A stretch of DNA of 32,000 bases. Origin: an archaeon. Lineage in GTDB: Archaea; Iainarchaeota; Iainarchaeia; Iainarchaeales; 1-14-0-10-31-34. Where the stretch lies: NCBI GenBank assembly GCA_024277355.1, contig JAJRVL010000004.1:494575-526574 (forward strand), read 5' to 3'. Both the position numbers and the translations under genes were made by a program. This document shows, one piece after another, positions 11,328 through 19,637 of the stretch. Below the pieces are notes generated by a model that saw only the letters and a program-made list of their open reading frames with translations, made no database searches and was not told the DNA's origin. Positions within the stretch are counted from its first letter, which is position 1. Each line of letters starts with the position of its first letter.

Positions 11328-11900
11328 TTATTCAGATTTTTCTTCTGTTGGTTTTTCTTTTGTTTCTTCTTTAACTTCTTTTTTTGATTTTACTGCAATA
11401 GCTTGTTTTCTGTTTTCTTCTAAAGCAGATTCAGAAACTCTCTGCATTACTTTATATGAAATCCATCCAGTTAAACCTGAAAAAATAAAAACCAAAAAAG
11501 CGTCATTTCGCAATACACTCCAAAAATCAAATAAATCTCCTGGATTAATTATTCTGCCTTGAGAAGCAGCAAGAGAAGCAAGATTAGAAAAATACCAGTA
11601 TAACTGGACATAAAAAGCCATAAAAGATAAAACAACAAAAAGCAAAGGAAAAAAAACTGAATAACCAAAATCAGACTTAAAATAATCATTAATCCAGTCA
11701 ATTAAAAAATAAATAAAGAAAAAACCAACAAAAGGCATTAAGAAAAAAGTGTAATCCAGCATACTTGGATTTAAAGTAAAACCCCATTCATGCAAAGCCA
11801 TTTCAGGACTTAAAGCTTTAGTTATTGCAGGCAAAAAATACAATAAAATATAAGAAACTGCAAATAATACAATTAATTTTATTGTGTCTCTTAAATTCAT
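11328..11900 (-). CDS. Membrane protein, function unknown
   Basis: 190 aa with about four hydrophobic segments and a charged C-terminal tail. Confidence 0.65.
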   Translation of the reverse strand: MNLRDTIKLIVLFAVSYILLYFLPAITKALSPEMALHEWGFTLNPSMLDYTFFLMPFVGFFFIYFLIDWINDYFKSDFGYSVFFPLLFVVLSFMAFYVQLYWYFSNLASLAASQGRIINPGDLFDFWSVLRNDAFLVFIFSGLTGWISYKVMQRVSESALEENRKQAIAVKSKKEVKEETKEKPTEEKSE

Positions 11901-11973
11901 TTAACTCACTTTATTAGATTATTAAAAAATCTTTGTTCACAATTAATTTAAAACAATTGCTTTTCAGAAAGTT

Positions 11974-12945
11974 TTGTATATGACTGAAAATGGATTACCT
12001 TGGGTAGAAAAATACAGGCCAAAAAAATTAAGTGAAGTTGCAGGACAAGAAGAAATAACCAAAAGACTTAAGTCTTATGTTCAAAACAAGTCTTTGCCTA
12101 ACTTAATGTTTTCCGGCCCTGCAGGAATTGGAAAAACAAGTTCTTCTGTTGCTTTAGCAAAAGAATTATACTTAGAAGGATTTGAAAGAAATTTCTTGGA
12201 ATTAAATGCATCAGACGAAAGAGGAATTGATGTAGTTAGAAAAACCATCAAAGACTTTGCAAGAACAATGGCTTTTGATGCAGACTTTAAAATAATTTTC
12301 TTAGATGAAGCAGATGCATTAACTGCTGACGCACAACAGGCTTTAAGGAGAACAATGGAAAGATTTACTAAAACATGCAGATTTGTTTTATCCTGTAATT
12401 ATTCTTCAAGAATAATCGAACCATTACAATCAAGATGTGTTATTTTCAGGTTCAGACCTCTTGACCCAAAAGACATTGAAAACAAATTAAAAGAAATAGC
12501 AAAAAACGAAAGTTTAGATTTAAACAATGACGCATTAAAAGCAATAAATTATGTTTCCCAAGGAGACCTAAGAAAAGCAATAAACATACTGCAGGCAAGT
12601 TCTTCAATTGAAAAAAATATTAAAGAAGCAACAATATATTCAGTTAGTTCAAAAGCCAAGCCTGAAGAAATAAAGCAGTTAATTAATCTTTCATTAGACA
12701 AAAAATTTCTTGAAGCAAGAGAAAAACTAGATGTATTATTATATGAATTTGGAATGAGCGGAGAAGACGTCATACTACAATTATACAGAGAATTAATTGC
12801 CATGCCAGACACAGAAATAACAGGAAAAACAAAAATTGACTTAATAGAAAAAATTGGCGAAACTAATTTCAGAATTGTAGAAGGCGCAAACGAAAGAATT
12901 CAATTAGAAGCATTAATTGCACAATTCATGAAATACAAAAAATAA
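11974..12945 (+). CDS. rfcS: Replication factor C small subunit (clamp loader)
   Basis: GLPWVEKYRPKKLSEVAGQ, FSGPAGIGKTSSSVALAKEL, LNASDERGIDVVR, IIFLDEADALTADAQQALRRTMERF, LSCNYSSRIIEPLQSRC. An alternative start ATG lies at 11980. Confidence 0.97.
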   Translation: MYMTENGLPWVEKYRPKKLSEVAGQEEITKRLKSYVQNKSLPNLMFSGPAGIGKTSSSVALAKELYLEGFERNFLELNASDERGIDVVRKTIKDFARTMAFDADFKIIFLDEADALTADAQQALRRTMERFTKTCRFVLSCNYSSRIIEPLQSRCVIFRFRPLDPKDIENKLKEIAKNESLDLNNDALKAINYVSQGDLRKAINILQASSSIEKNIKEATIYSVSSKAKPEEIKQLINLSLDKKFLEAREKLDVLLYEFGMSGEDVILQLYRELIAMPDTEITGKTKIDLIEKIGETNFRIVEGANERIQLEALIAQFMKYKK

Positions 12946-13035
12946 GTTTAGACAGTACGGCTTTACGCCGTACGTTTTGGCAACTTGCCTTTTCTTAAAA
13001 GGCAGTTTATGAAATACAAAAAATAAAGTTTAAAC
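12928..13035 (+). repeat. Direct repeat (about 27 bp) of the rfcS 3' end flanking two hairpins
   Basis: Copy 1 12928-12954 atgaaatacaaaaaataagtttagaca; copy 2 13009-13036 atgaaatacaaaaaataaagtttaaaca (one indel, one mismatch). Between them: GTACGGC-TTTAC-GCCGTAC (12955-12973) and TGCCTTTT-CTT-AAAAGGCA (12986-13004). Confidence 0.75.
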
Positions 13036-13103
13036 AACAAGACATAATTGTTTTTTATGCTTTCAAAAAAATTAAATAATGTTATTACTATATACTTAAT
13101 GAA

Positions 13104-13568
13104 ATGAATTTTATTTCAGCTTTATTAAGTCTGTTTATTCCTGGTTCAGGGCAAGTTTTACACAGAGAACACGAACAAGGACTAATTATTTTTGGTTTAT
13201 GGATTTTATGGCTTTTTTTATCAAAATATTTTTTTGAATTAGACTTAATTTTTGTTTTTATTGGATGGAGTTTTTTTTCAGTTTACAGTTCATTTGATGC
13301 ATTAATTTTTAATTCAAAAAAAATAAAAAGAGAAGACTCTCAGCTAAAAGAATTTGATGAAATGAGAAACCAAAAAGAAAAAGAAGAAGAATATGAATTA
13401 AAAGCAACAAAAATTCTTTTAGAAAAAGAATTAAATTCAAAATATGACAGCTTTCAGATTCTTGAAATAAAAAAAGACAAAGGCGAAATAAAAGTTAAAG
13501 CAGTAATTCAGGGAAAATTTGTTGAATTAAATGTTTCAAAAAACGGCGAAATAATAAGCATGAAATAA
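13104..13568 (+). CDS. Small membrane protein with charged C-terminal domain
   Basis: 154 aa; SLFIPGSGQVLHREHEQGLIIFGLWILWLFL...DLIFVFIGWSFFSVYSSFDA, vaguely TM2-like, followed by a coiled and soluble tail. Confidence 0.6.
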   Translation: MNFISALLSLFIPGSGQVLHREHEQGLIIFGLWILWLFLSKYFFELDLIFVFIGWSFFSVYSSFDALIFNSKKIKREDSQLKEFDEMRNQKEKEEEYELKATKILLEKELNSKYDSFQILEIKKDKGEIKVKAVIQGKFVELNVSKNGEIISMK

Positions 13569-14792
13569 CTAAAAATAATCTGAAATCTTTTTTTGTTTTA
13601 AGTCATTTAAAACTTTTGATTCATTTAAGTAAAGTTTTAATTCAACTGTTAACTTTGAAGATAAAAATTTTAAAGCTAAATCCAAATCAAAAAACCTCAA
13701 AGGTTTTTGTTTTAATGCATTCCGCATTGTTTCACGAATCACCCATACGCCTAATGGTTGATCATATGATTTTCCAATTTCTCTGAAAACAATTACTTTA
13801 GCTTGTCGTTTTTTTTCAGATAGAAATTCACAGACTGCTAATCTTGCAGCATAATAAGCACCAGAAACATCTGAAGCATAATTTTTTCTTCCCTTAAACA
13901 ATTCAGAGTCAGCCATAATTTTTGTTTCTCCCTGCATCCAAACAGATTCAGGTTTCCAGGCTTCAAGCTGTTCAAAACTCCAGTAACCAGGAATAAACAG
14001 AATAAAAAAATGGTTATCTAAAAAACTTGATTCAAATAACTGAATTACATCAGTTTCCCTGAAATACTTTATTTTTTCAATTAAGTTTTTTGAAATAGTG
14101 TCATCAACTGCAGTAATACTCCAACGAGTAGGAACTAATTTTCTTTTTTTCTTTAATCCAAGTAAACCAGCAGACAAAATTTTCTGCAAAGAATTAACTG
14201 AAATATCAGAAGAATACAATTCATTTAATCCTTGAGTTGAAATTAAATCAGTATCAGAAGTAATATAATCAACTTTTTTTGGAATTTTAGGGTTTTCATT
14301 TAAAGAAAATTTTTTTAATTCTCCTTTTGGCCCTGAAGGCAAAGCTAATGCATCAAAAGAAATTTTTTGAAAAGAAATTTTATTTAATTCAACTGAAACA
14401 TCTAATGATTTAGAAGACATCACGCTTTCCTGAATCAAAGAAAGTTCTCTTGAAGGACTTAAAGCAGAAAAAACATTAATTTTTCTTCTTGACTGAATCA
14501 AAGACTCTCGCATTGAAATTATTTTTTCTGAATCAAAACCAAACCATTTTTCAGGTTCATCAAAAACTTCAATTCCTTTAATAAAAGAAGAAGAAGATAC
14601 AGGCGCTATTTCAACTTTAGGATAAGAATTCCATGAAACAAATAATCCAGGCGGAGAAATTCCATTAAATGATTTTTCTTTTATGCTTAAAAGAGTTTTT
14701 GTTTTTCGGTTATAACTTTTAAGGATTTTACAAGGCATTCCGCATAATAATCTGCCTTTGCATTTAATGCATTCAATTCCGTTTACTTTCAT
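13569..14792 (-). CDS. nreA: NreA-family archaeal DNA repair protein with C-terminal PCNA-interacting motif
   Basis: 407 aa; N-terminal CIKCKGRLLCGMPC metal-binding motif, ISPPGLFVSWNSYPKVEIAPV, VIVFREIGKSYDQPLGVWVIRETMRNAL, and C-terminal PIP-like QKKISDYF. Confidence 0.9.
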   Translation of the reverse strand: MKVNGIECIKCKGRLLCGMPCKILKSYNRKTKTLLSIKEKSFNGISPPGLFVSWNSYPKVEIAPVSSSSFIKGIEVFDEPEKWFGFDSEKIISMRESLIQSRRKINVFSALSPSRELSLIQESVMSSKSLDVSVELNKISFQKISFDALALPSGPKGELKKFSLNENPKIPKKVDYITSDTDLISTQGLNELYSSDISVNSLQKILSAGLLGLKKKRKLVPTRWSITAVDDTISKNLIEKIKYFRETDVIQLFESSFLDNHFFILFIPGYWSFEQLEAWKPESVWMQGETKIMADSELFKGRKNYASDVSGAYYAARLAVCEFLSEKKRQAKVIVFREIGKSYDQPLGVWVIRETMRNALKQKPLRFFDLDLALKFLSSKLTVELKLYLNESKVLNDLKQKKISDYF

Positions 14793-14804
14793 AATAAAAA
14801 AAAA

Positions 14805-14844
14805 GGAATTTTATGCTTTTAAAGCATTAATAGAGTAAAATTCC
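14805..14844. promoter_or_regulatory. Nested inverted repeat in the nreA/thiN divergent intergenic region
   Basis: GGAATTTT (14805-14812) / AAAATTCC (14837-14844) enclosing ATGCTTT-t-AAAGCAT (14813-14827); lies between divergent genes and upstream of an AT-rich putative promoter for the ORF at 14891. Confidence 0.4.
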
Positions 14845-14890
14845 GGTGATAAAACAACAATTAAAATAAGATTTTTTCATTAAAGTCTTT

Positions 14891-15529
14891 ATGGCAAAAA
14901 AAGCAGTAATTGTATGCAATGGAAGTGTTAACACAAAATTTCTTTATTCTTTTATTTCAGAAAACGATTTTTTAATTGCAGCTGACGGCGGAGCAAACAA
15001 ATTAATGAAAACAAAATTTATTCCTGATTTAATTATAGGAGACATGGATTCAATTACAAAAAATGCATTAAAAAAATACAGAAAAACAAAAATGATTAAG
15101 TTTCCAAAAGAAAAAGATAAAATTGACTTAGAATTAGCAATAGATTATTGTGTTGAAAAAAAATTTAAGGAAATAATTATTTTAGGAGCAATAGGAACAA
15201 GAGCAGATATGACTTTAACAAACATTTTTTTATTGACTCAAATCCCAAAAAATATTAATGCAAAAATAATTCATGAAAATCAGGAAATTTATTTAATTCA
15301 TAAAAAAAAGTTTTCAGTTAAAGGAATTCCAGGAGAAAAAATTTCTTTATTTGGAATTAAAGGAAAAATAAAGGGTTTAACATTAAAAGGATTCAAATAT
15401 GAATTAAAAAATTACAATTTAAGGTTTGGTTTAGGAATTGGATTAAGTAATGAGTTTAAAAACAAAAAAGCGTTAATTACGTCAAAAGACGGATTAATGC
15501 TTTGCGTGCATTTCCGAAAATGGTTTTGA
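14891..15529 (+). CDS. thiN: Thiamine pyrophosphokinase
   Basis: 212 aa; LIAADGGANKLMKTKFIPDLIIGDMDSI, FPKEKDKIDLELAIDYC, IIILGAIGTRADMTLTNIFLL motifs; next to thiamine transporter genes. Confidence 0.88.
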   Translation: MAKKAVIVCNGSVNTKFLYSFISENDFLIAADGGANKLMKTKFIPDLIIGDMDSITKNALKKYRKTKMIKFPKEKDKIDLELAIDYCVEKKFKEIIILGAIGTRADMTLTNIFLLTQIPKNINAKIIHENQEIYLIHKKKFSVKGIPGEKISLFGIKGKIKGLTLKGFKYELKNYNLRFGLGIGLSNEFKNKKALITSKDGLMLCVHFRKWF

Positions 15530-15568
15530 ATTTAAATCTTTTAGCCCTGATTTCTTTGAGGGGATTAA

Positions 15569-16585
15569 ATGAAAAAAGTTTTTTTTAGTTTATTAATTTT
15601 AATTTTATTTTTTGGATGCATTCAGGAAACTGAAGAACAAAAAGAAAAAACTCTTGTAATTTATACTTATGATTCAATGGTTTCAGAATACGGGTTAGGC
15701 GTAAAAGTAATTCCAAAATTTGAAGAAAAATGCAATTGTAAAGTAAAATTAATTTCAAAAGGTGATGCAGGCCAAGTTTTAACTGCATTAGTTTTAGAAA
15801 AAGATAATCCAAAAGCAGACGTAGTAATTGGAATAGATAATAGTTTGTTTCCAAAAGCAATAGAAAACAATGTATTAGAAAAATTTATTCCAAATAATAT
15901 GGATTTAATTCCAAAAGACATCAGGTTTTACAAGCAAGGATATCTTACTCCTTATGATTATGGGTTTATTGCTTTTGTTTATGACACAAAAAAAATTGAT
16001 GTTAAATTAAACAGTTTTAATTCATTGTTAAATAAAAGTTTAAAGAAAAAAATTGTAATAGAAAATCCAAGAACTTCTTCTCCGGGATTAGCTTTATTAT
16101 TATGGAGTATTAGTGTTTACGGAGATCCTGGTTACAAAAAATTCTGGGAAGAATTAAAACCAAATATTTTAATTGTAACTAATGGGTGGGATGAAGCAGC
16201 AGGATTATTTAGTGCAGGAGAAGCTCCAATTTACTTAAGTTATGCAACTTCTCCTGCTTATTATGCTGAATTTGAAGGAATAAATCATTTTATTGCAGGA
16301 GAATTCAAAGAAGGACATTATATTCAAATTGAAGGAACAGGAATAGTTAAAGGCACAAAAAACAGGGTTTTAGCAGAGGAATTCATTGAATTTTCTTTAA
16401 CAAAAGAATTCCAAAAAGAAATTCCTTTTACTCAGTTTATGTTTCCTGTAAATAAAGAAGTGGAACTGCCTTCAGCATTTGATTATGCAGTTCATCCAGA
16501 AAAAAAAATTGAGTTAGATCCAGAGTTAATTGAACAAAAACAAGAGGAATGGATTTCTGAATGGGAAAAAATAATTACATCTTAA
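15569..16585 (+). CDS. thiB: Thiamine ABC transporter substrate-binding lipoprotein (TbpA/ThiB type)
   Basis: 338 aa; lipobox-like LILFFGCIQ, TLVIYTYDSMVSEYGLGVKVIPKFEEKCNCKVKLISKGDAGQVLTALVLEKDNPKADVVIGIDNSL, YLTPYDYGFIAFVYD. Confidence 0.9.
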   Translation: MKKVFFSLLILILFFGCIQETEEQKEKTLVIYTYDSMVSEYGLGVKVIPKFEEKCNCKVKLISKGDAGQVLTALVLEKDNPKADVVIGIDNSLFPKAIENNVLEKFIPNNMDLIPKDIRFYKQGYLTPYDYGFIAFVYDTKKIDVKLNSFNSLLNKSLKKKIVIENPRTSSPGLALLLWSISVYGDPGYKKFWEELKPNILIVTNGWDEAAGLFSAGEAPIYLSYATSPAYYAEFEGINHFIAGEFKEGHYIQIEGTGIVKGTKNRVLAEEFIEFSLTKEFQKEIPFTQFMFPVNKEVELPSAFDYAVHPEKKIELDPELIEQKQEEWISEWEKIITS

Positions 16586-18156
16586 CTGCAAAAACATTTT
16601 TTTTATTGTTTTTTTTTGTTTTCTTTTTTTATCCTTTAATTTTAGTTTTAATTAAAGCATTTACAAAAACAAGTGTTTCTTTTATTGATGTTTTAGTTTC
16701 AAACAAAAAATTAATCTGGAATTCTTTTTTTCAGGCATCAGTTTCAACTGTATTCAGTTTGTTGATTGGAATTCCTGCAGCATTTATTTTAGCTAAAAGA
16801 AATTTTTTCGGGAAAAAATTTGTTAAAGCCGTTTCATTGATTCCTTTTGTTTTTCCTTCAATTTTAGTTGTGATTTCTTTTGTAATAATTTTTGGAAATA
16901 ACGGCTGGATAAATTATTTTTTAAAAAACTTTTTTGGTTTTGAAAGCCATGTGCAGTTTTTGTATGGTTTTAGCGGAATAATTCTTGCTCATGTATTTTA
17001 TAATTTTCCAATTGTAATGAGATTTGTTTCTGATTCATGGGAAAATTTAGATGTAAAAATGAAAGAAACAGCTAAAACTTTAGGTGCAGGAAAAAAACAG
17101 GTTTTCTTTAATATTACTTTAAAGCAATTAATGCCTTCAATTCTTGCTTCAGCTTTATTAGTGTTTATTTTTTGTTTTATGAGTTTTGCAATAGTTATTT
17201 CTTTAGGAGGAATACAGTTTTCAACTTTAGAAGTTGAAATTTACAGGCAGATTACAAGAAACCTTAATTTTGGAACAGCTTCAATTCTTGCATTATTTCA
17301 ATTTATTTTTTTGTCTTTAATTGGATTAATTTATTTTCATTATTCAAAAAAATATTCAATAAAAGAAAAAGGAATAAAAGAAAAACCAAAAAATATTTCA
17401 TTAAATTCAGTTAAAGGAATTATTGAAGCATTATTTGTTGTAGTTTTAGTTTTTTCAGTTTTACTTCCAATTATTGCTTTAGTTTTTTTTGCTTTTTTTA
17501 ATCAGGAAACAGGAACTTTTACTTTAAAGGCATTTGAAAAAATATTTTATTCAGGAAAAAGTTTAAGTGGAACAACACCTTTACTTTCAGTTTTTTATAG
17601 TTTAATTATTGCATTAATTGCTTCAATTACTGCAACTTTAACTGGATTAATTGGTTCATTAAAAAAAATTTCCATAATTAATTTTTTTGTTGCTTCATCT
17701 GTTTCAGTTTCAGTTATAACTCTTGGATTAGGATATTTTATTGGATTTGGTTCAGGAAACTTATTTTTTATTGCTTTAGGGCATTCAATTTTAGCTTTTC
17801 CTTTTACTTTCAGAATACTAAAAAACGCATTAAATAAAATAGATAAAGAAAGCATTGATTCAGCTAAAACTTTAGGTGCAAATGAAATTGAAGTATTAAA
17901 AAAAATTCAGTTTCCAAGAATAAAAAATGCATTATTTGTTGCTTTAGGTTTTTCTTTTGCAGTTTCTTTAGGAGAATTAGCTTTTGTTTTAGTTTTATAT
18001 GATGGAATCTACCCTACCATGCCTGTTTATATTTACAGGCTTTTAACTACTTTTGATTTGTTTGCTGCTTCAGCAATGGGTTTAATTTTAATTGCAGTAA
18101 GTTTTATTGTGTTTTATTCAATTGAATTTTTTTCTAAAGATACAAGGGTGTTTTAA
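16561..18156 (+). CDS. thiP: ABC transporter permease, duplicated/fused (ThiP-like)
   Basis: 531 aa, two homologous permease halves each with an EAA-type loop (ETAKTLGAGKKQVFFNITLKQLMPSI and DSAKTLGANEIEVLKKIQFPRIKNAL). Confidence 0.85.
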   Translation: MGKNNYILTAKTFFLLFFFVFFFYPLILVLIKAFTKTSVSFIDVLVSNKKLIWNSFFQASVSTVFSLLIGIPAAFILAKRNFFGKKFVKAVSLIPFVFPSILVVISFVIIFGNNGWINYFLKNFFGFESHVQFLYGFSGIILAHVFYNFPIVMRFVSDSWENLDVKMKETAKTLGAGKKQVFFNITLKQLMPSILASALLVFIFCFMSFAIVISLGGIQFSTLEVEIYRQITRNLNFGTASILALFQFIFLSLIGLIYFHYSKKYSIKEKGIKEKPKNISLNSVKGIIEALFVVVLVFSVLLPIIALVFFAFFNQETGTFTLKAFEKIFYSGKSLSGTTPLLSVFYSLIIALIASITATLTGLIGSLKKISIINFFVASSVSVSVITLGLGYFIGFGSGNLFFIALGHSILAFPFTFRILKNALNKIDKESIDSAKTLGANEIEVLKKIQFPRIKNALFVALGFSFAVSLGELAFVLVLYDGIYPTMPVYIYRLLTTFDLFAASAMGLILIAVSFIVFYSIEFFSKDTRVF

Positions 18157-18980
18157 TGGAAATAAAAATGGAAAAATTATGGATTAAATTTGATGAATGG
18201 AAACTTGATTTTTCTCTTGAAATAAAGTCAGGAAAATTTGTTTCAGTTGTCGGTCCAAGCGGTTGTGGTAAAACAACTTTATTGAGAATTATTTCTGGTT
18301 TACAGGAATCAAAAGGAAAGATTTTTTTTGGAGACAAAGAAGTAACTAAAGTTCCAACAGAAAAAAGAAATATTGGTTTTGTTTTTCAAGGAGACTCATT
18401 ATTTCCTCACTTAAATGTATTTGATAATATTGCTTTTGGATTAAAAATGAAAAAAGAAAAACAAATTAAAGAAAAAGTTTTGAATGCTTTAAGTTTAGTT
18501 CATTTAAATGGATTTGAAAAAAGAAACACAGTTAATTTAAGCGGAGGAGAAAAAAGAAGAGTTGAAATTGCAAGAGCTATTGCTTTTGAACCTGGTTTAT
18601 TGTTATTAGATGAACCATTAAATGGTTTGGATGCAAACTTAAAAGAAAAAATGAAATTGTTTTTGAAAGAGTTAAGTGAAAAAACTGGTTTGACTATGAT
18701 TATGGTTACTCATGATATAGATGAAGCATTTTTTTTAAGTGATGAAATTATTGTAATGGATTCCGGGAGAATTGAACAAACAGGAAAGCCGACTGAAATT
18801 TTTTTGAATCCTGCAAATGATTTTGTAAGAAATTTTGTTTCAGATTATGTTTTAATTGAAGGAAAACAAAAAATTGTTAAAGGCAAAAAAATGATTGAAG
18901 GAAAATTTTTATTGCCTGTAAAAGGAAAAGGAAAAGCTTTTATTAATTTCAAAAAAACTAACTACAAGTTTTTTGAATGA
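18156..18980 (+). CDS. thiQ: ABC transporter ATPase (ThiQ-like)
   Basis: 274 aa; Walker A GPSGCGKTT, signature LSGGEKRRVEIARAIAFEPGLLLLDEP, switch His TMIMVTHDIDEAF; start overlaps the permease stop (TAATG). Confidence 0.88.
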   Translation: MEIKMEKLWIKFDEWKLDFSLEIKSGKFVSVVGPSGCGKTTLLRIISGLQESKGKIFFGDKEVTKVPTEKRNIGFVFQGDSLFPHLNVFDNIAFGLKMKKEKQIKEKVLNALSLVHLNGFEKRNTVNLSGGEKRRVEIARAIAFEPGLLLLDEPLNGLDANLKEKMKLFLKELSEKTGLTMIMVTHDIDEAFFLSDEIIVMDSGRIEQTGKPTEIFLNPANDFVRNFVSDYVLIEGKQKIVKGKKMIEGKFLLPVKGKGKAFINFKKTNYKFFE

Positions 18981-19023
18981 AACATTATGTTTACTCTATT
19001 TTAAAAAAAAACTAGATCTGATT

Positions 19024-19512
19024 TTATTCTATTTTAGCAACCCAGTCTTGTAGTGCTAAACTTTTTCCAACTGTGGCTATGCAACAAAATTCTCGGCAAG
19101 AAGACTCACAACTTTTTGAACTACACATAATGTAAAAATCTGTTTTTGTTTCTTCATTAAACTTTAAGGAAAATTCATTTTCTGAATCAAGATATTCAAC
19201 TGAATTAAGTTTAGGGGAAAAATCTAATTTAACACATTCTTCATTGACGTTCAAAATTTTTGAAAATTGTTTTGAGTTAAATGAGTATTCTTTTGGAATA
19301 ACCACATTTTTTGTACTAAAAACAGTTCCATCAGGAGATTGCCCAGCATTTTTTATTGAATCTTCAATTGAAGTTACATCACTATATACCACAGGCCCAG
19401 AACACGACCCCATTATTTCACAGACAAAAACATAACCTCCAATAAATAAAATAACTAAAACAATTATTGCACCGATTATAAAACTTGAAAATGCACTTCC
19501 TTTGCAGTTCAT
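19024..19512 (-). CDS. Membrane-anchored Cys-rich protein, function unknown
   Basis: 162 aa; N-terminal hydrophobic segment SSFIIGAIIVLVILFIGGYVFVC, C-terminal cysteine cluster CSSKSCESSCREFCC. Confidence 0.6.
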   Translation of the reverse strand: MNCKGSAFSSFIIGAIIVLVILFIGGYVFVCEIMGSCSGPVVYSDVTSIEDSIKNAGQSPDGTVFSTKNVVIPKEYSFNSKQFSKILNVNEECVKLDFSPKLNSVEYLDSENEFSLKFNEETKTDFYIMCSSKSCESSCREFCCIATVGKSLALQDWVAKIE

Positions 19513-19637
19513 TTACTAATACACTTGTTTTGAAGTATATATATTTTTCCTTTTAAAAAATAAGAAAACTAAACAAATGCATCAGCGTCTCTTTATATCC
19601 TTAAACATTTAAAAAAGCTTCAATAGACTAATTATTC

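Noticed and set aside
14793-14890. TPP riboswitch upstream of the thiamine operon
   Set aside because: No CUGAGA or ACCUGAUCYGG-like core, and the inverted repeat lies upstream of the likely promoter.
15585-15921. Overlapping ORFs 15585-15860 and 15667-15921, and similar shadow ORFs inside thiP, thrS, the pilus ATPase and the TadC-like genes
   Set aside because: They are out-of-frame or antisense to genes with strong family motifs and have no recognisable domains.
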